From positions 195,499-259,498 of the forward strand of contig CBDFIB010000004.1 in NCBI GenBank assembly GCA_965247925.1: a stretch of 64,000 bases of DNA, in the 5' to 3' direction. Each line of letters starts with the position of its first letter. Position 1 is the stretch's first letter. The notes below the pieces were generated by a model. That model made no database searches and was not told the origin of the DNA. It saw only the letters and a list, made by a program, of their open reading frames with translations. This document shows positions 1 to 9,498 of this stretch, one piece after another. Source of the DNA: Dehalococcoidia bacterium. Its GTDB lineage: Bacteria; Chloroflexota; Dehalococcoidia; UBA2979. Made by a program: the position numbers and the translations under genes.

Positions 1-970
1 GGGACGACGCGGCGAGCACGATGCCTGCGCCCATGTTGAACGTGCGGAACATCTCGCCGTCCTCGATGCCGCCCGCGCGCTGGATGTGCCCGAACAGCGG
101 CGGCGGCGTCCAGCTCGCGGTCTCGATGCGTGCGCACAAGCCGTCCGGCAGCATCCGCGGCACGTTGCCCGGCAGCCCACCGCCCGTGATGTGCGCGATG
201 CCGCGCAGGCGCGGCAGCAGCGGCCGCACGACCTCGAGGAAGGAGCCGTGCACCGCCAGCAGCGCCTCGCCGAGCGTGCCGCCGAGCTCCTCGAGGTGCT
301 CGTCCAGCAACTCGCGATCGCGCTCCTCGCCGAGGCCCTTGGCGACGCCGAAGATCTCGCGCACGAGCGAGTAGCCGTTCGTCTGCAAGCCCGTCGAGGG
401 CAGCGCGATCAGCACGTCGCCCTCCTCGATCGCCGAGCCGTCGATGATCGCCTCGCGCTCGGCGACGCCGACGATGAAGCCGGCGAGGTCGTAGTCGCCG
501 GGCGAGTAGAGGTCCGGCATGTCCGCGGTCTCGCCGCCGAGCAGCGCGACGCCGTTCTCCTCGCAGGCCGCGCCGACGCCGGCGACGACTTCGAGACGCC
601 GCTCCTGCGACAGCCCGCTGGTCGCGAGGTAGTCGAGGAAGAACAGCGGCTCGGCGCCCGCGGTGAGGATGTCGTTGACGCAGTGGTTGACGAGGTCGCG
701 CCCGACGCTCTCGTAGCGTCCGAGCGCCGCGGCGACCAGCAGCTTGGTGCCGACGCCGTCGGCGCTGGCGACCAGCACCGGGTCGCGGTAGCGCCCGGCG
801 CCGAGCTGGAACAGGCCCGCGAAGGCGCCGACGCCACCGAGTACCTCGGGGCGGCTCGTACGCGAGGCGATCAGCCGCAGGCCGGGCAGGCTCGCCTCGG
901 CCGCCGGCACGTCGACACCCGCATCGGCGTAGCGCAGCGGGGCGGACGATCGTTCTGGTGGGGCGCTCAT
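1..970 (-). CDS. purM: Phosphoribosylformylglycinamidine cyclo-ligase (AIR synthetase), 3'-truncated by window edge
   Basis: Manual reverse-complement translation from ATG at 970: MSAPPERSSAPLRYADAGVDVPAAEASLPGLRLIASRTSRPEVLGGVGAF... Matches PurM N-terminal signature (Y-x-DAGVDI, RPEVLGG). It is absent from the ORF track because there is no stop codon inside the window. Lies immediately downstream of purF on the same strand (purF-purM order). Confidence 0.85.
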   Translation of the reverse strand, partial: MSAPPERSSAPLRYADAGVDVPAAEASLPGLRLIASRTSRPEVLGGVGAFAGLFQLGAGRYRDPVLVASADGVGTKLLVAAALGRYESVGRDLVNHCVNDILTAGAEPLFFLDYLATSGLSQERRLEVVAGVGAACEENGVALLGGETADMPDLYSPGDYDLAGFIVGVAEREAIIDGSAIEEGDVLIALPSTGLQTNGYSLVREIFGVAKGLGEERDRELLDEHLEELGGTLGEALLAVHGSFLEVVRPLLPRLRGIAHITGGGLPGNVPRMLPDGLCARIETASWTPPPLFGHIQRAGGIEDGEMFRTFNMGAGIVLAASS

Positions 971-1027
971 CGCACGGATTCCGGGGGAGGCGTCGGGCCG
1001 GGCCGGGTCATGCACCGTCCCTCATGC

Positions 1028-2476
1028 TTAGTGAACGGAGCGCAGCGGGACCGCGTGGCGATCGAAGGAGCCCTCGCCCTCGAGGGCGAACTTGTCCAGT
1101 TGCAACGGCACGTCGCTCGGGTACTCGCCGGTGAAGCAGGCTGCGCAGAGCGCGTCCCGCTCCTGGCCGGTCGCGCCGACCGTCCCCTCGAGCGAGAGGT
1201 AGCCGAGCGTGTCGGCGTCGATGTGCTTGCGGATCTCCTCGATCTCGAGGTGCGCGCCGATCAGCTCGCCGCGGGTCGCCATGTCCACGCCGTAGAAGCA
1301 GGGGTGCGTGATCGGGGGCGAGGTGATGCGCATGTGCACCTCGCGCGCCCCGGCCTTGCGCAGCATCGCCACGACGCGCGGCGTCGTGGTGCCGCGCACG
1401 ATCGTGTCGTCGACGACGACGACGCGCCGGCCGCTGAGCAGCTCGGGCAGCGGGTTGAACTTCAGCTCCACGCCGCGGTCACGCAGCCGCTGGTCCGGCT
1501 GGATGAAGGTGCGCCCGACGTAGCGGTTCTTGACGAGGCCCTCGACGTAGGGGATGCCGGACTCCTGCGCGTAGCCGACGGCCGCGGCGGTCGCCGAGTC
1601 CGGGATGCCGATCACGACGTCGCCCTCGGCGGGGTGCTCACGCGCGAGCTGCGCGCCCATTCGCATCCGCACGGGGTAGACCCGCTCGCCCTGGAGCATG
1701 GAGTCCGGGCGGGCGAAGTAGATGTGCTCCAGCAGGCAGAGCGCGGGGCCGGCCGAGCGCTCGCCGCTGAAGGCCCATGACTGCACACCCGATTCGTCGA
1801 TGCGCACGACCTCGCCGGGCTCGATCTCGCGCTCGAACTCCGCGCCCAGCGTGTCCAGCGCGCAGGTCTCCGAGGCGAGCACCCAACCGTCGCCGAGGCG
1901 GCCGAGGCAGAGCGGGCGGATGCCGAGCGGGTCGCGCACGCCGAACAGCGCGTCCGGCGTCAGCAGCGTCAGCGAGTAGGCCCCGGACGCGCGCCGCATC
2001 ATGTAGTTGAAGCGCTCCTGCCAGGTGAGCTCGGGCGCGGTCGCGAGCAGGTGCGCGAGCACCTCGGAGTCCGTCCCGGTGGAGAACTTGACGCCGCCCT
2101 CGATCAGGTCACTGCGCATCAGGTCGGCGTTGACGACGTTGCCGTTGTGCGCGAGCGCGAGCTCGCCCTGCGGGCCGGAGACGATGAGCGGCTGCATGTT
2201 CGCGCTGGTGCTCGACCCGGTCGTCGAGTAGCGCGTGTGGCCGATCGCGTGCGTGCCCCCGAGGCCGGAGAGCACGTCCTCGTGGAAGATCTGGGTGACG
2301 AGGCCCATCTCGGCGAAGCGCTGGATCCGCGGCTCGCCGTTCGCGGTGGCGATACCCGCCGATTCCTGTCCGCGATGCTGGAGCGAGTGCAGCCCAAAGA
2401 AGGTGAGGCGGGCTACATCCTCGCCGGGCGCGAAGATACCCATGACGCCGCAGGACTCGCGGAGGCTCGGTATCAA
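1028..2476 (-). CDS. purF: Amidophosphoribosyltransferase
   Basis: Ntn-hydrolase Cys followed by glutamine amidotransferase type-2 and PRTase domains (SCGVMGIF..., DSEVLAHL, VVVVDDTIVRGTT). The ORF track starts at GTG 2542 (30-aa propeptide). A TTG at 2476 preceded by GGAGAGGGG gives a 9-aa propeptide before the catalytic Cys, which is more typical. Confidence 0.9.
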   Translation of the reverse strand: MIPSLRESCGVMGIFAPGEDVARLTFFGLHSLQHRGQESAGIATANGEPRIQRFAEMGLVTQIFHEDVLSGLGGTHAIGHTRYSTTGSSTSANMQPLIVSGPQGELALAHNGNVVNADLMRSDLIEGGVKFSTGTDSEVLAHLLATAPELTWQERFNYMMRRASGAYSLTLLTPDALFGVRDPLGIRPLCLGRLGDGWVLASETCALDTLGAEFEREIEPGEVVRIDESGVQSWAFSGERSAGPALCLLEHIYFARPDSMLQGERVYPVRMRMGAQLAREHPAEGDVVIGIPDSATAAAVGYAQESGIPYVEGLVKNRYVGRTFIQPDQRLRDRGVELKFNPLPELLSGRRVVVVDDTIVRGTTTPRVVAMLRKAGAREVHMRITSPPITHPCFYGVDMATRGELIGAHLEIEEIRKHIDADTLGYLSLEGTVGATGQERDALCAACFTGEYPSDVPLQLDKFALEGEGSFDRHAVPLRSVH

Positions 2477-2510
2477 ACGCGCCCCTCTCCGCTCCCGGAT
2501 GGGAAGGCCG

Positions 2511-2912
2511 CTAGTGTAACTCACTCCCGGCGGCTTCGGCACGCATCCGCGCGTGATCGATCTTCGTGCAGCGGTCCATCACCACCCGCAGCCCCGCCGC
2601 GCGGGCCCGCGCCGCCGCCTGCTCGTCCACGATCGCGAGCTGCAGCCAGATCGCGCCCGCCCCCGCCTCGATCGCGTCGTCGACCACGCCCGGCACCTCC
2701 GGCACGCGGCGGAAGACATCGACGATGTCGACGCGCTCCGGCAGCTCGCCGACGCTGTCGTAGCAGCGCCGCCCGAGCGCCTCGTCGAGCAGCGGGTTCA
2801 CGAGGTAGACCCGGTACCCCACCTCGATCAGGTAGTCGGCAACCTCGTGCCAGGGGCGAGTGGTGCGATTCGAGCGCGCGACGACGGCAATCGTGCGCGC
2901 CTCGCGTAGCAA
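2511..2912 (-). CDS. CoA-binding domain protein (YccU-like)
   Basis: C-terminal 133 aa of track ORF 2511..3734 (RTIAVVARSN...YRVYLVNP...VDIVDVFRR...AGAIWLQ). The upstream part of that ORF is Arg-rich antisense junk. Probable TTG start at 2912 with GGAG 6 nt upstream. Confidence 0.7.
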   Translation of the reverse strand: MLREARTIAVVARSNRTTRPWHEVADYLIEVGYRVYLVNPLLDEALGRRCYDSVGELPERVDIVDVFRRVPEVPGVVDDAIEAGAGAIWLQLAIVDEQAAARARAAGLRVVMDRCTKIDHARMRAEAAGSELH

Positions 2913-2962
2913 GCGATGCTCCAGCGGCTCCTCGCTCCCAGGCCTCCCGGCGCTCGCTGCGC

Positions 2963-3646
2963 TCACTCTTCGGTCTCCGGCGGGCGCGACCCGGCGCGGA
3001 CCAGCCGGCGGCGGCGTCTCGGTCGCTCCGCGGGTGGCGGCTCGGCCGCATCGCCTGAGGCGTCTGGCTCGTCCGGCAGCGCGGCCAGGCGCGCCTCGGA
3101 GCCGCTGCGCTCGGCGATGGCCTCGGCGAGGCGATTGGCGCGCGCGAGGCCCTCGGCGGCGAGCGGGCGCGCCGCGACGACGGTGCCGATCTCGAGCCGC
3201 TTGCCGTTGTCCTTGACCAGCTCGACGTCCCAGCTCACGAGGTCCTGGCGCTCGCCTCCGGCCAACTCGGCCTCGTAGTCGCCCTCGACGGCGATGTGGT
3301 CGATGCGCCAGAAGGGCACGAGTTCGTCGGTCCCGAGGCCGAGGCCGAGCAGCCCCTGCTGCCAGCGCACGGACTGCTTCTCGCGCTCCAGCAGCACGGA
3401 GCGGCCGATCACGTTGTAGACCAGCCCGAGCGTCGCGATCGGCCCCATCAGCAGCGCGACCCCGAGCAGCACGACGAGCAGCGCCAGCGGCAGCACCTCG
3501 AGGAACACGACGATCAGCGCGACAGCCCCGCCGGCGAGGGCGAGCTGGATCAGCGGCGCGAGCAGCTGGGCGCGCGAGCGCCGGATCGCGACGCTGTCGT
3601 CGCCGATCACGGCGACGGCGCGCTGCAGCGGGATCCGCTCTGCCAT
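2963..3646 (-). CDS. Hypothetical membrane protein (two TM helices followed by a PH-like soluble domain; possibly bPH/YdbS-like)
   Basis: ORF 2963..3646. Two long hydrophobic segments (LIQLALAGGAVALIVVFLEVLPLALLVVLLGVALLMGPIATLGL), then a soluble domain with an acidic/Pro-rich tail. Codon usage is consistent with the genome. Confidence 0.55.
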   Translation of the reverse strand: MAERIPLQRAVAVIGDDSVAIRRSRAQLLAPLIQLALAGGAVALIVVFLEVLPLALLVVLLGVALLMGPIATLGLVYNVIGRSVLLEREKQSVRWQQGLLGLGLGTDELVPFWRIDHIAVEGDYEAELAGGERQDLVSWDVELVKDNGKRLEIGTVVAARPLAAEGLARANRLAEAIAERSGSEARLAALPDEPDASGDAAEPPPAERPRRRRRLVRAGSRPPETEE

Positions 3647-3780
3647 GGCGCCGCTCCACCCCTCGCGCTCCCCGGATGTCCGAGTCTAGCCAGGCCGCCG
3701 GACGGCGGCCAGCAGCGCCCGCCGGACGCAGCACCTATCATTGGATGCCGCCAGGCCACGGTCCGCGCCACGGAGGCTCG

Positions 3781-3999
3781 ATGCGTCCCGACCTGATGGA
3801 GATCCTCGTCTGCCCCGTCTGCAAGGGCGAACTGACGCTGAGCGTGGAGCAGACGGCGACCGACTCGCACGGCCGCGAGGAGATCTTGCGCGGCGAGCTG
3901 CACTGCGCGGCCTGCGACCACCGCTACCGCATCGACGACGGCATTCCCAACCTGCTGCCGCCGGAACTGGCCGAGGCGCCCGGGAACAGCCCCGCATGA
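3781..3999 (+). CDS. Trm112-family protein (UPF0434)
   Basis: MRPDLMEILVCPVCKGEL...LHCAACDHRYRIDDGIPNLL is the classic Trm112 zinc-ribbon pattern. Internal ATG at 3781 of track ORF 3676..3999. Confidence 0.8.
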   Translation: MRPDLMEILVCPVCKGELTLSVEQTATDSHGREEILRGELHCAACDHRYRIDDGIPNLLPPELAEAPGNSPA

Positions 4000-4217
4000 C
4001 CGGCGGCGAGCGCTCGCGGACAATCGGCCTGCTGCTGATGGCCGGGGCCGCGCTGCAGCTGCTCGTCTTCTTCGCTGCCGCCTCGCGGCGCTCCTACGCC
4101 GCGCTGGCGCTGCCCGTCGGCGCGGGCCTCGCCGCGATCTCGGCGCTCGCCTTCTGGATCGGCTGCACGATGGCCTACGCGGAGTGGGACGACGGCGATC
4201 CCCCCGCGGGCGCCTAG
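3996..4217 (+). CDS. Small membrane protein (2 TM), translationally coupled to the Trm112 gene
   Basis: ATGA overlap at 3996-3999 (ATG of this ORF overlaps the TGA of Trm112). MTGGERSRTIGLLLMAGAALQLLVFFAAAS...LPVGAGLAAISALAFWIGC. Confidence 0.45.
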   Translation: MTGGERSRTIGLLLMAGAALQLLVFFAAASRRSYAALALPVGAGLAAISALAFWIGCTMAYAEWDDGDPPAGA

Positions 4218-4230
4218 CCGTGCTGCCGAC

Positions 4231-4998
4231 ATGACCAACCCAACGGGAGCCTACGAGCGCCGCATCGAGCTTGAGGGGGTGCGGAACTTCCGCGACCTCG
4301 GCGGCTACGAGACCGGCGACGGCGCGCGCCTGCGCTGGCGCACCGTCTACCGCTCCAGCACGCTCTGCGAGGCGACGCCCGCCGACGTGCAGCGCCTACT
4401 CGACCTCGACCTCACGCTCGTGCTCGACCTGCGCTCCGACGACGAACTCGAACGGACCGGCATCTCCACGCTGCACGAGCACGGCGTCGAACACCGCCAC
4501 GTGCCCTACCGGCGCAGCCTCACGACCTCGGCCGACCGCCTTGCGATGCGCGACCGCTCCGGGACGGGCCTCGACTACCTGCCCGGCATCGAGAGGTGCA
4601 TGCCGGCGGTCGGCGAGGTCTTCGCGGCGATCGCCGAGGTCGACGACGGGCAGGCGATCGCCTTCAACTGCGAGGGCGGCAAGGACCGCACCGGCGTGAC
4701 GGCCGCGCTGCTGCTGCGCGTGCTTGGCGTCCCCGACGAGACGATCGTCCAGGACTACGTGCTCACCCGCGAGTACCTGACGATGTGGCGTGACCTCAGC
4801 GACGAGCAGATCGCGGCGAGGGGTGAGCGGTGGGGCCTCGAGCTGACGCGCGCCATGCTCGACTCCACGCCCGACACGATGGAGGCGCTGCTGCGCGGGA
4901 TCGACGAGCGCTTCGGCTCCACCGCCGCGCTGCTCGCCCTCGGCGGCGTCGACACGTCCCTGATCGAGCGGCTGCGGGAGCGGCTGCTCGAGCGCTAA
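4231..4998 (+). CDS. Protein-tyrosine phosphatase (Tyr_Phos_2 family)
   Basis: CX5R P-loop ([10 protein letters not shown]), RNFRDLGG N-terminal motif. 255 aa. Confidence 0.8.
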   Translation: MTNPTGAYERRIELEGVRNFRDLGGYETGDGARLRWRTVYRSSTLCEATPADVQRLLDLDLTLVLDLRSDDELERTGISTLHEHGVEHRHVPYRRSLTTSADRLAMRDRSGTGLDYLPGIERCMPAVGEVFAAIAEVDDGQAIAFNCEGGKDRTGVTAALLLRVLGVPDETIVQDYVLTREYLTMWRDLSDEQIAARGERWGLELTRAMLDSTPDTMEALLRGIDERFGSTAALLALGGVDTSLIERLRERLLER

Positions 4999-5531
4999 CC
5001 GGACTCCCAGCCCGCAGCTGCGAGCGGTTCGACCCCCTCGAGGCCGACGTCGTCGCGCAGCTCGGCGACGCTGCGCCCCAGCAGCGGGTGCACGAGCTGC
5101 GGCGCGATCTCCGCGAGCGGGACGAGAACGAAGGAACGCTCGTGCATCCTCGGATGCGGGAGCTGCAGCTCCGCGCTCTCGATCCGCAGCTCGCCGGCAA
5201 GCAGCAAGTCGAGGTCCAGCGGGCGCGGGCTGTTGCGCGGCGCGTCGAGGTCGCGGCCCGCGGCGACCTCGATGCGCTTGCAGAGGCGCAGCAGCTCGAG
5301 GGGTTCGAGCGCGGTGCGCACACAGGCCGCCGCGTTCGCGTAGGGCGGCGCGGGCGCCAGGCAGGCCGGCGAGCCCCACGGCTCCGTCTCGTAGAGCGGG
5401 GACACCGCCTCGACGGTCACACCCGCCTCCGCCAGCCTCGCGAGCCCCGTGCGCAGCGCGGCGATCCGATCGCCGAGGTTGCCGCCGATCCCGAGGTAGA
5501 CGCGCTGCTCCGTGCCCTCGGCGGCTGTCAC
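4995..5531 (-). CDS. folK: 2-amino-4-hydroxy-6-hydroxymethyldihydropteridine pyrophosphokinase (HPPK)
   Basis: [12 protein letters not shown]...PLYETEPWG...RPLDLDLL motifs. 4-nt overlap with folP upstream. Confidence 0.9.
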   Translation of the reverse strand: MTAAEGTEQRVYLGIGGNLGDRIAALRTGLARLAEAGVTVEAVSPLYETEPWGSPACLAPAPPYANAAACVRTALEPLELLRLCKRIEVAAGRDLDAPRNSPRPLDLDLLLAGELRIESAELQLPHPRMHERSFVLVPLAEIAPQLVHPLLGRSVAELRDDVGLEGVEPLAAAGWESG

Positions 5532-6400
5532 GGCGATTCCGCCCGGCGGCCACCGTGCACGATCGCGTCGGTCACCCTCGCGACATCGGCCATCTCGCGG
5601 ACATCGTGGACGCGCACGATGTCGGCTCCGGCGGCGATGGCGAGCACGACGGTCGCGGCGCCTCCGGCGACGCGCGAGGCGGGCGGCTCCTGCTCGCGCC
5701 CAAGCGCCCAGCCGATCGCGGACTTGCGCGAGCTGCCGAGCAGCAGCGGCCGCCCGAGCGCGCGCAGCTCGCCGAACCGGCGCACGAGCTCGAGACTCTG
5801 CTCCGGCCCGAAGCCGAAACCGAAGCCCGGATCGAGAATCAGCTGCTCACGCGACACGCCCGCCGCCTCCGCGATCGCGAGCGATTCCTCGAGGCCCGCT
5901 CGCACGTCGGCGATCACGTCGCCAGAGGACGGGCGGCCACGCTGGTTGTGCATCAGCACCGCCGGCAGCCCGCGCGCGGCGAGCAGCGGCGCGAGCGCCG
6001 GATCGGCGCGCAGGGCCTGCACATCGTTGAGCGCGTCGGCGCCCGCCTCGAAGGCTCGCCCGGCGACGTACGCCTTCGAGGTGTCGACGCTGATCGGCGC
6101 CGCGACGGCGTCGCGCACGGCGCGCAGCACGGGCGCGAGGCGCGCCCACTCGCCGGGCCCGTCGAGGGGATCGTGGCCGGGGCGCGTGGATTCCGCGCCG
6201 ACGTCGATCAGGTCCGCGCCGTCCTCGATCATCCGCGCGGCCTGCTCGGCGGCGACGGCCGGATCGAGCACGCCGTCGCCGGAGAAGGAGTCCGGCGTGG
6301 CGTTGACGATGCCCATCACGTAGCTGCGCCGCCCCCACTCGAAGCAGCGCCCGCCGATCACGATCGGCGCGGGAGGCGCGGCGGACGGCTCGGACGTCAT
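5528..6400 (-). CDS. folP: Dihydropteroate synthase
   Basis: [16 protein letters not shown]..., [10 protein letters not shown], pterin-binding TIM-barrel motifs. Confidence 0.9.
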   Translation of the reverse strand: MTSEPSAAPPAPIVIGGRCFEWGRRSYVMGIVNATPDSFSGDGVLDPAVAAEQAARMIEDGADLIDVGAESTRPGHDPLDGPGEWARLAPVLRAVRDAVAAPISVDTSKAYVAGRAFEAGADALNDVQALRADPALAPLLAARGLPAVLMHNQRGRPSSGDVIADVRAGLEESLAIAEAAGVSREQLILDPGFGFGFGPEQSLELVRRFGELRALGRPLLLGSSRKSAIGWALGREQEPPASRVAGGAATVVLAIAAGADIVRVHDVREMADVARVTDAIVHGGRRAESP

Positions 6401-6419
6401 CGAGGGCGCCCCGGCGCGA

Positions 6420-6851
6420 TCAGACGATCTCGGCCGGGATCTCCTCGATCACGCCGCCCTGGTGAATGTAGTAGGCGTGCAGCGGAGGAGGTTCCCCGGC
6501 GAGCGAGACGAGCAGGTAGATGGTTCCCGGATAGGCCGGCTCGCGATCCGTCTCGCCGGGCGGGAAGAACGCCATCCGCACGTCCGTCTGCGAGGGGTAT
6601 GCGGGCGAGGCGACGTGCGAGTGATAGATCGCGAACAGCGCCTCGCCTCGTTCGTCGCGCTGCTGCTCCAGCCGCATCTGCTCCATGCCGTGCATCTCGA
6701 AGCGGTAGGGGCTGGCGGCGACGTTGGTCACGGGGTGCACGGAGACGGCCTCGCCGTCCTGGGCGTGCACCAGGCCGCAGGCCTCGTTCGGCAGATCCTC
6801 GCGGGCGTGCGCGATGATCGCATCGGCGAGGGCGCGCGGGATCCGTGGCAT
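6420..6851 (-). CDS. mec: Mec-like JAMM/MPN+ metalloprotease (CysO/MoaD-type sulfur-carrier deconjugase)
   Basis: EACG...HSHVASPAYPSQTD JAMM motif. Overall similarity in length and layout to mycobacterial Mec (Rv1334). Confidence 0.85.
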   Translation of the reverse strand: MPRIPRALADAIIAHAREDLPNEACGLVHAQDGEAVSVHPVTNVAASPYRFEMHGMEQMRLEQQRDERGEALFAIYHSHVASPAYPSQTDVRMAFFPPGETDREPAYPGTIYLLVSLAGEPPPLHAYYIHQGGVIEEIPAEIV

Positions 6852-6878
6852 CGTTCCTCCGAAGCGGTTCTTGCGCGG

Positions 6879-7268
6879 CTACCAGGCCGTCGGCTCGCCG
6901 TCGTCGATGCAGGCGTTCCCGCTGAGGCGCATCAGCGCGAAGTTGGCGCTCGACGGCGGCGCCGCGAGGTGCTCGAGCCAGTGCGCGCGTTCGGACTCGG
7001 GCAGGCGCTCGGCGAAGTCCGAGGCGAACACCTCGATCTCCTCCTCGCCGGGCGCGATCCCGGCGTCGATCGACCAGCCACGCACGATCGCGATGCGGCC
7101 GACGCTGCGCGTGCGCAGCAGCCGCGCGTCAGCCCGCTCGCGGTAGCGGTCGAGGACGGAGGCGCGGAAGCGCAGCGGGAGCAGGCCGTAGTCGCCGCGC
7201 GCGACCGCGCGCTCGACCAGCGCGCGCTGCGATCCCCGCGCCCCGCCGTCGCTGTCCTCAGCGGCCAT
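6879..7268 (-). CDS. Hypothetical protein, 129 aa (possibly an SseC/DUF1416-like partner of the rhodanese; family assignment from memory only)
   Basis: ORF between the rhodanese and mec on the same strand, with genome-typical codon usage and no recognisable catalytic motif. Confidence 0.45.
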   Translation of the reverse strand: MAAEDSDGGARGSQRALVERAVARGDYGLLPLRFRASVLDRYRERADARLLRTRSVGRIAIVRGWSIDAGIAPGEEEIEVFASDFAERLPESERAHWLEHLAAPPSSANFALMRLSGNACIDDGEPTAW

Positions 7269-7274
7269 CGGCTC

Positions 7275-8099
7275 CTACGTCTCGATCGGCACGCCGATCA
7301 GCGAGCCGTACTCGGTCCACGAGCCGTCGTAGTTCTTCACGTCGTCGTGGCCGAGCAGGTACTTGAGCACGAACCAGGTGTGCGAGGAGCGCTCGCCGAT
7401 GCGGCAGTAGGCGATTGCCGGCTCGTCCTCGACGACGCCCGCGCCGCCGTAGATCTCGCGCAGATCGTCGGCGCTGCGGAAGGTGCCGTCCTCGTTGACG
7501 GCGCGCGCCCAGGGCACGTTGATCGCGCCGGGGATGTGGCCGCCGCGCTGCGCCGTCTCCGGCAGGCCAGGCGGCGCGATGATCTCGCCGACGAACTCGG
7601 CCGGGCTGCGCACGTCCACCAGCTGCGGCGCCTGCGCCGCGACAGCCGCGAGGATCTCGTCGCGCTGGGCGCGCAGGCTGGCGTCCTGCTCCTGCGCCGT
7701 GTAGCTGGCGCGTCCAATCGAGGGCGCGTCGGTCGTGACCTCGCGCCCGTCGGCGATCCACTTCACGCGGCCGCCGTCCATCAGCGAAACCTGCTCGTGG
7801 CCGTGAAGCTCCAGCAGCCACAGCGCGTAGGCCGCGAACCAGTTGTTGTTGTCGCCGTAGAGCACCACGTGCGTGTCGTTGCTGATGCCAGAAGACGCCA
7901 GCAGGTCCTCAAGGTCGTCCTTCGCGATCACGTCGCGGCGCACCTGGTCCTGCAGCTGCGTCGCCCAGTTCCAGCCGGCGGCGCCCGCGATGTGGCCCTC
8001 GTCGTAGGCGCCGGTGTCGACGTCGACCTCGACGAGGCGCACGTTCGAGTCGCTTCCGTGTTCGGCTACCCAGTCCGCCGTCACAAGCTTGTCCGTCAT
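7275..8099 (-). CDS. sseA: Thiosulfate/3-mercaptopyruvate sulfurtransferase (tandem rhodanese domains)
   Basis: Two rhodanese domains; active-site CRIGERSS loop. Start taken at MTDKLVTADWV (ATG 8099) rather than the track's 8153. Confidence 0.85.
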   Translation of the reverse strand: MTDKLVTADWVAEHGSDSNVRLVEVDVDTGAYDEGHIAGAAGWNWATQLQDQVRRDVIAKDDLEDLLASSGISNDTHVVLYGDNNNWFAAYALWLLELHGHEQVSLMDGGRVKWIADGREVTTDAPSIGRASYTAQEQDASLRAQRDEILAAVAAQAPQLVDVRSPAEFVGEIIAPPGLPETAQRGGHIPGAINVPWARAVNEDGTFRSADDLREIYGGAGVVEDEPAIAYCRIGERSSHTWFVLKYLLGHDDVKNYDGSWTEYGSLIGVPIET

Positions 8100-8208
8100 G
8101 GTCCGTTCCCCTCTCGGGCGGCAGGGCCGCACCAAACTCGACTTTGTTGGCAAAGATTATCAACATCAGCGCCGCAGCACAACCGCCGGCGACGCATCGC
8201 CGCTCCGG

Positions 8209-9165
8209 CTACCACCAGAGCGTCGTGTTCACGTCCTCCTCGATCGCGTCGTAGTCCTGCGTCCAGAGGCCCGAGGACAGGTACTTCCAGCCGCTGTCCG
8301 CGAGCAGGCAGACGACCTTGCCGCTGCGCATCCGCTCCGCCGCGCGCTGCGCGGCGCGCACCGCCGCCCCGCTGGAGACGCCGGCGAAGATGCCCGTGCG
8401 CTCGGTCAGCTCCCGCGTCAGCCGGAACGAGGTCGCCGAGTCGACGACGATCCGCCCGTCGAGCACGGACTCGTCGAGGACGGGCGGGATGTAGCCCTCC
8501 TCGAGGCTGCGCAGGCCCTGCACCAGGTCGCCCGGATGCGGGGCCGCGGCGACGATGCGCACGGCCGGGTTGTGCTCCTTCAGCCGCCGCCCGACGCCGG
8601 TCAGCGTCCCGCCGGTTCCGAGGCCGGCGACGAAGACGTCGGTGTCCGGCAGGTCCGCGATGATCTCCGGGGCCGTGCTCTCGTAGTGGGCGCGCGGGTT
8701 GTCCTCGTTGTCGTACTGGAAGGGCATGAACCACTCGGGGTGCTCGGCGTGGATCCGCTGCGCCTCGCGCACCGAGCCGTTGGTGCCGAGGTCGCCCGGC
8801 GAGTAGAGGATCTCCGCGCCGAAGCTCTCGAGCAGCTCGACGCGCTCGCGGGTGACGGCGTCCGGCATCACCACCTTCACTGGGTAGCCACGCAGGCGGC
8901 CGATCATCGCCAGCGAGATGCCGGTGTTGCCGGAGGTCGGCTCGAGGATCGTCTGGCCGGGCTCTAGGCGGCCGTCGCGCTCGGCGGCGGAGACCATCCA
9001 CCAGGCGATGCGGTCCTTGACGGAGCCGGTCGGGTTCTCACCCTCCAGCTTCGCGTAGATGCTCACCTCGGGGTTGGGCGACATCACGGAGATGTCGACC
9101 AGCGGCGTGCCGCCGATGCGGTCGAGCAGGCTGCCGGCGGGCGTCCGTCCCGTCGCCTTAGCCAC
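8209..9165 (-). CDS. cysM: Cysteine synthase B-type (CysO-thiocarboxylate / O-phosphoserine dependent), PLP enzyme
   Basis: PTGSVKDR lysine motif and GNTG loop. Sits immediately downstream of a MoaD-like GG carrier, as in mec-cysO-cysM loci. Confidence 0.85.
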   Translation of the reverse strand: MAKATGRTPAGSLLDRIGGTPLVDISVMSPNPEVSIYAKLEGENPTGSVKDRIAWWMVSAAERDGRLEPGQTILEPTSGNTGISLAMIGRLRGYPVKVVMPDAVTRERVELLESFGAEILYSPGDLGTNGSVREAQRIHAEHPEWFMPFQYDNEDNPRAHYESTAPEIIADLPDTDVFVAGLGTGGTLTGVGRRLKEHNPAVRIVAAAPHPGDLVQGLRSLEEGYIPPVLDESVLDGRIVVDSATSFRLTRELTERTGIFAGVSSGAAVRAAQRAAERMRSGKVVCLLADSGWKYLSSGLWTQDYDAIEEDVNTTLWW

Positions 9166-9180
9166 GAGGGCCCCCCGCCG

Positions 9181-9456
9181 CTAGCCGCCGGCCAGCGCGG
9201 GCAGGATCGACACCTCGTCGCCCTCGCTCAGCGCGGTCTCGGCGCCCTGCAGGAAGCGCACGTCCTCGTCGTTGAGGTAGACGTTGACGAAGCGGTGCAG
9301 TTGCCCGCCCTCGTCGACGAGTTGCGAGCGGAAGCCCGGATAGCGCCGCTCGATGTCGTCGATCAGCTCCGCGACGGTGCCGCCCTCGGCGGTCAGTGCG
9401 CGCTGACCGCCGACGGTCTTCTGGATCACCGAGGTCATGTTGACCTGCACCAGCAA
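9181..9456 (-). CDS. cysO: MoaD/ThiS/CysO-family sulfur-carrier protein (beta-grasp, C-terminal Gly-Gly)
   Basis: 91 aa ending ...SILPALAGG, MoaD-like pattern. 15 nt upstream of cysM. Confidence 0.8.
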   Translation of the reverse strand: MLVQVNMTSVIQKTVGGQRALTAEGGTVAELIDDIERRYPGFRSQLVDEGGQLHRFVNVYLNDEDVRFLQGAETALSEGDEVSILPALAGG

Positions 9457-9498
9457 GGCGGTTCCCCTCCCCTGTCGCTCGCGGACGCGCGGTGCGCT

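Noticed and set aside
86-1780. 564-aa plus-strand ORF. The same applies to other long ORFs such as 6462..8663, 9295..10707, 17145..18404, 19735..21530, 37549..39045, 40554..42671, 44595..45623 and 61466..63100.
   Set aside because: They are Arg/Ala/Gly-rich translations antisense to well-supported genes (purM, mec-rhodanese, E1 fusion, thrC-like, pepA, pnp, asd, rho and others). Open antisense frames are expected at about 70% GC, and none shows a recognisable protein motif.
3741-4217. 158-aa ORF overlapping Trm112 in another frame.
   Set aside because: Only the distal 73 codons (ATG 3996, 2-TM peptide) are plausible. The upstream part overlaps Trm112 out of frame.
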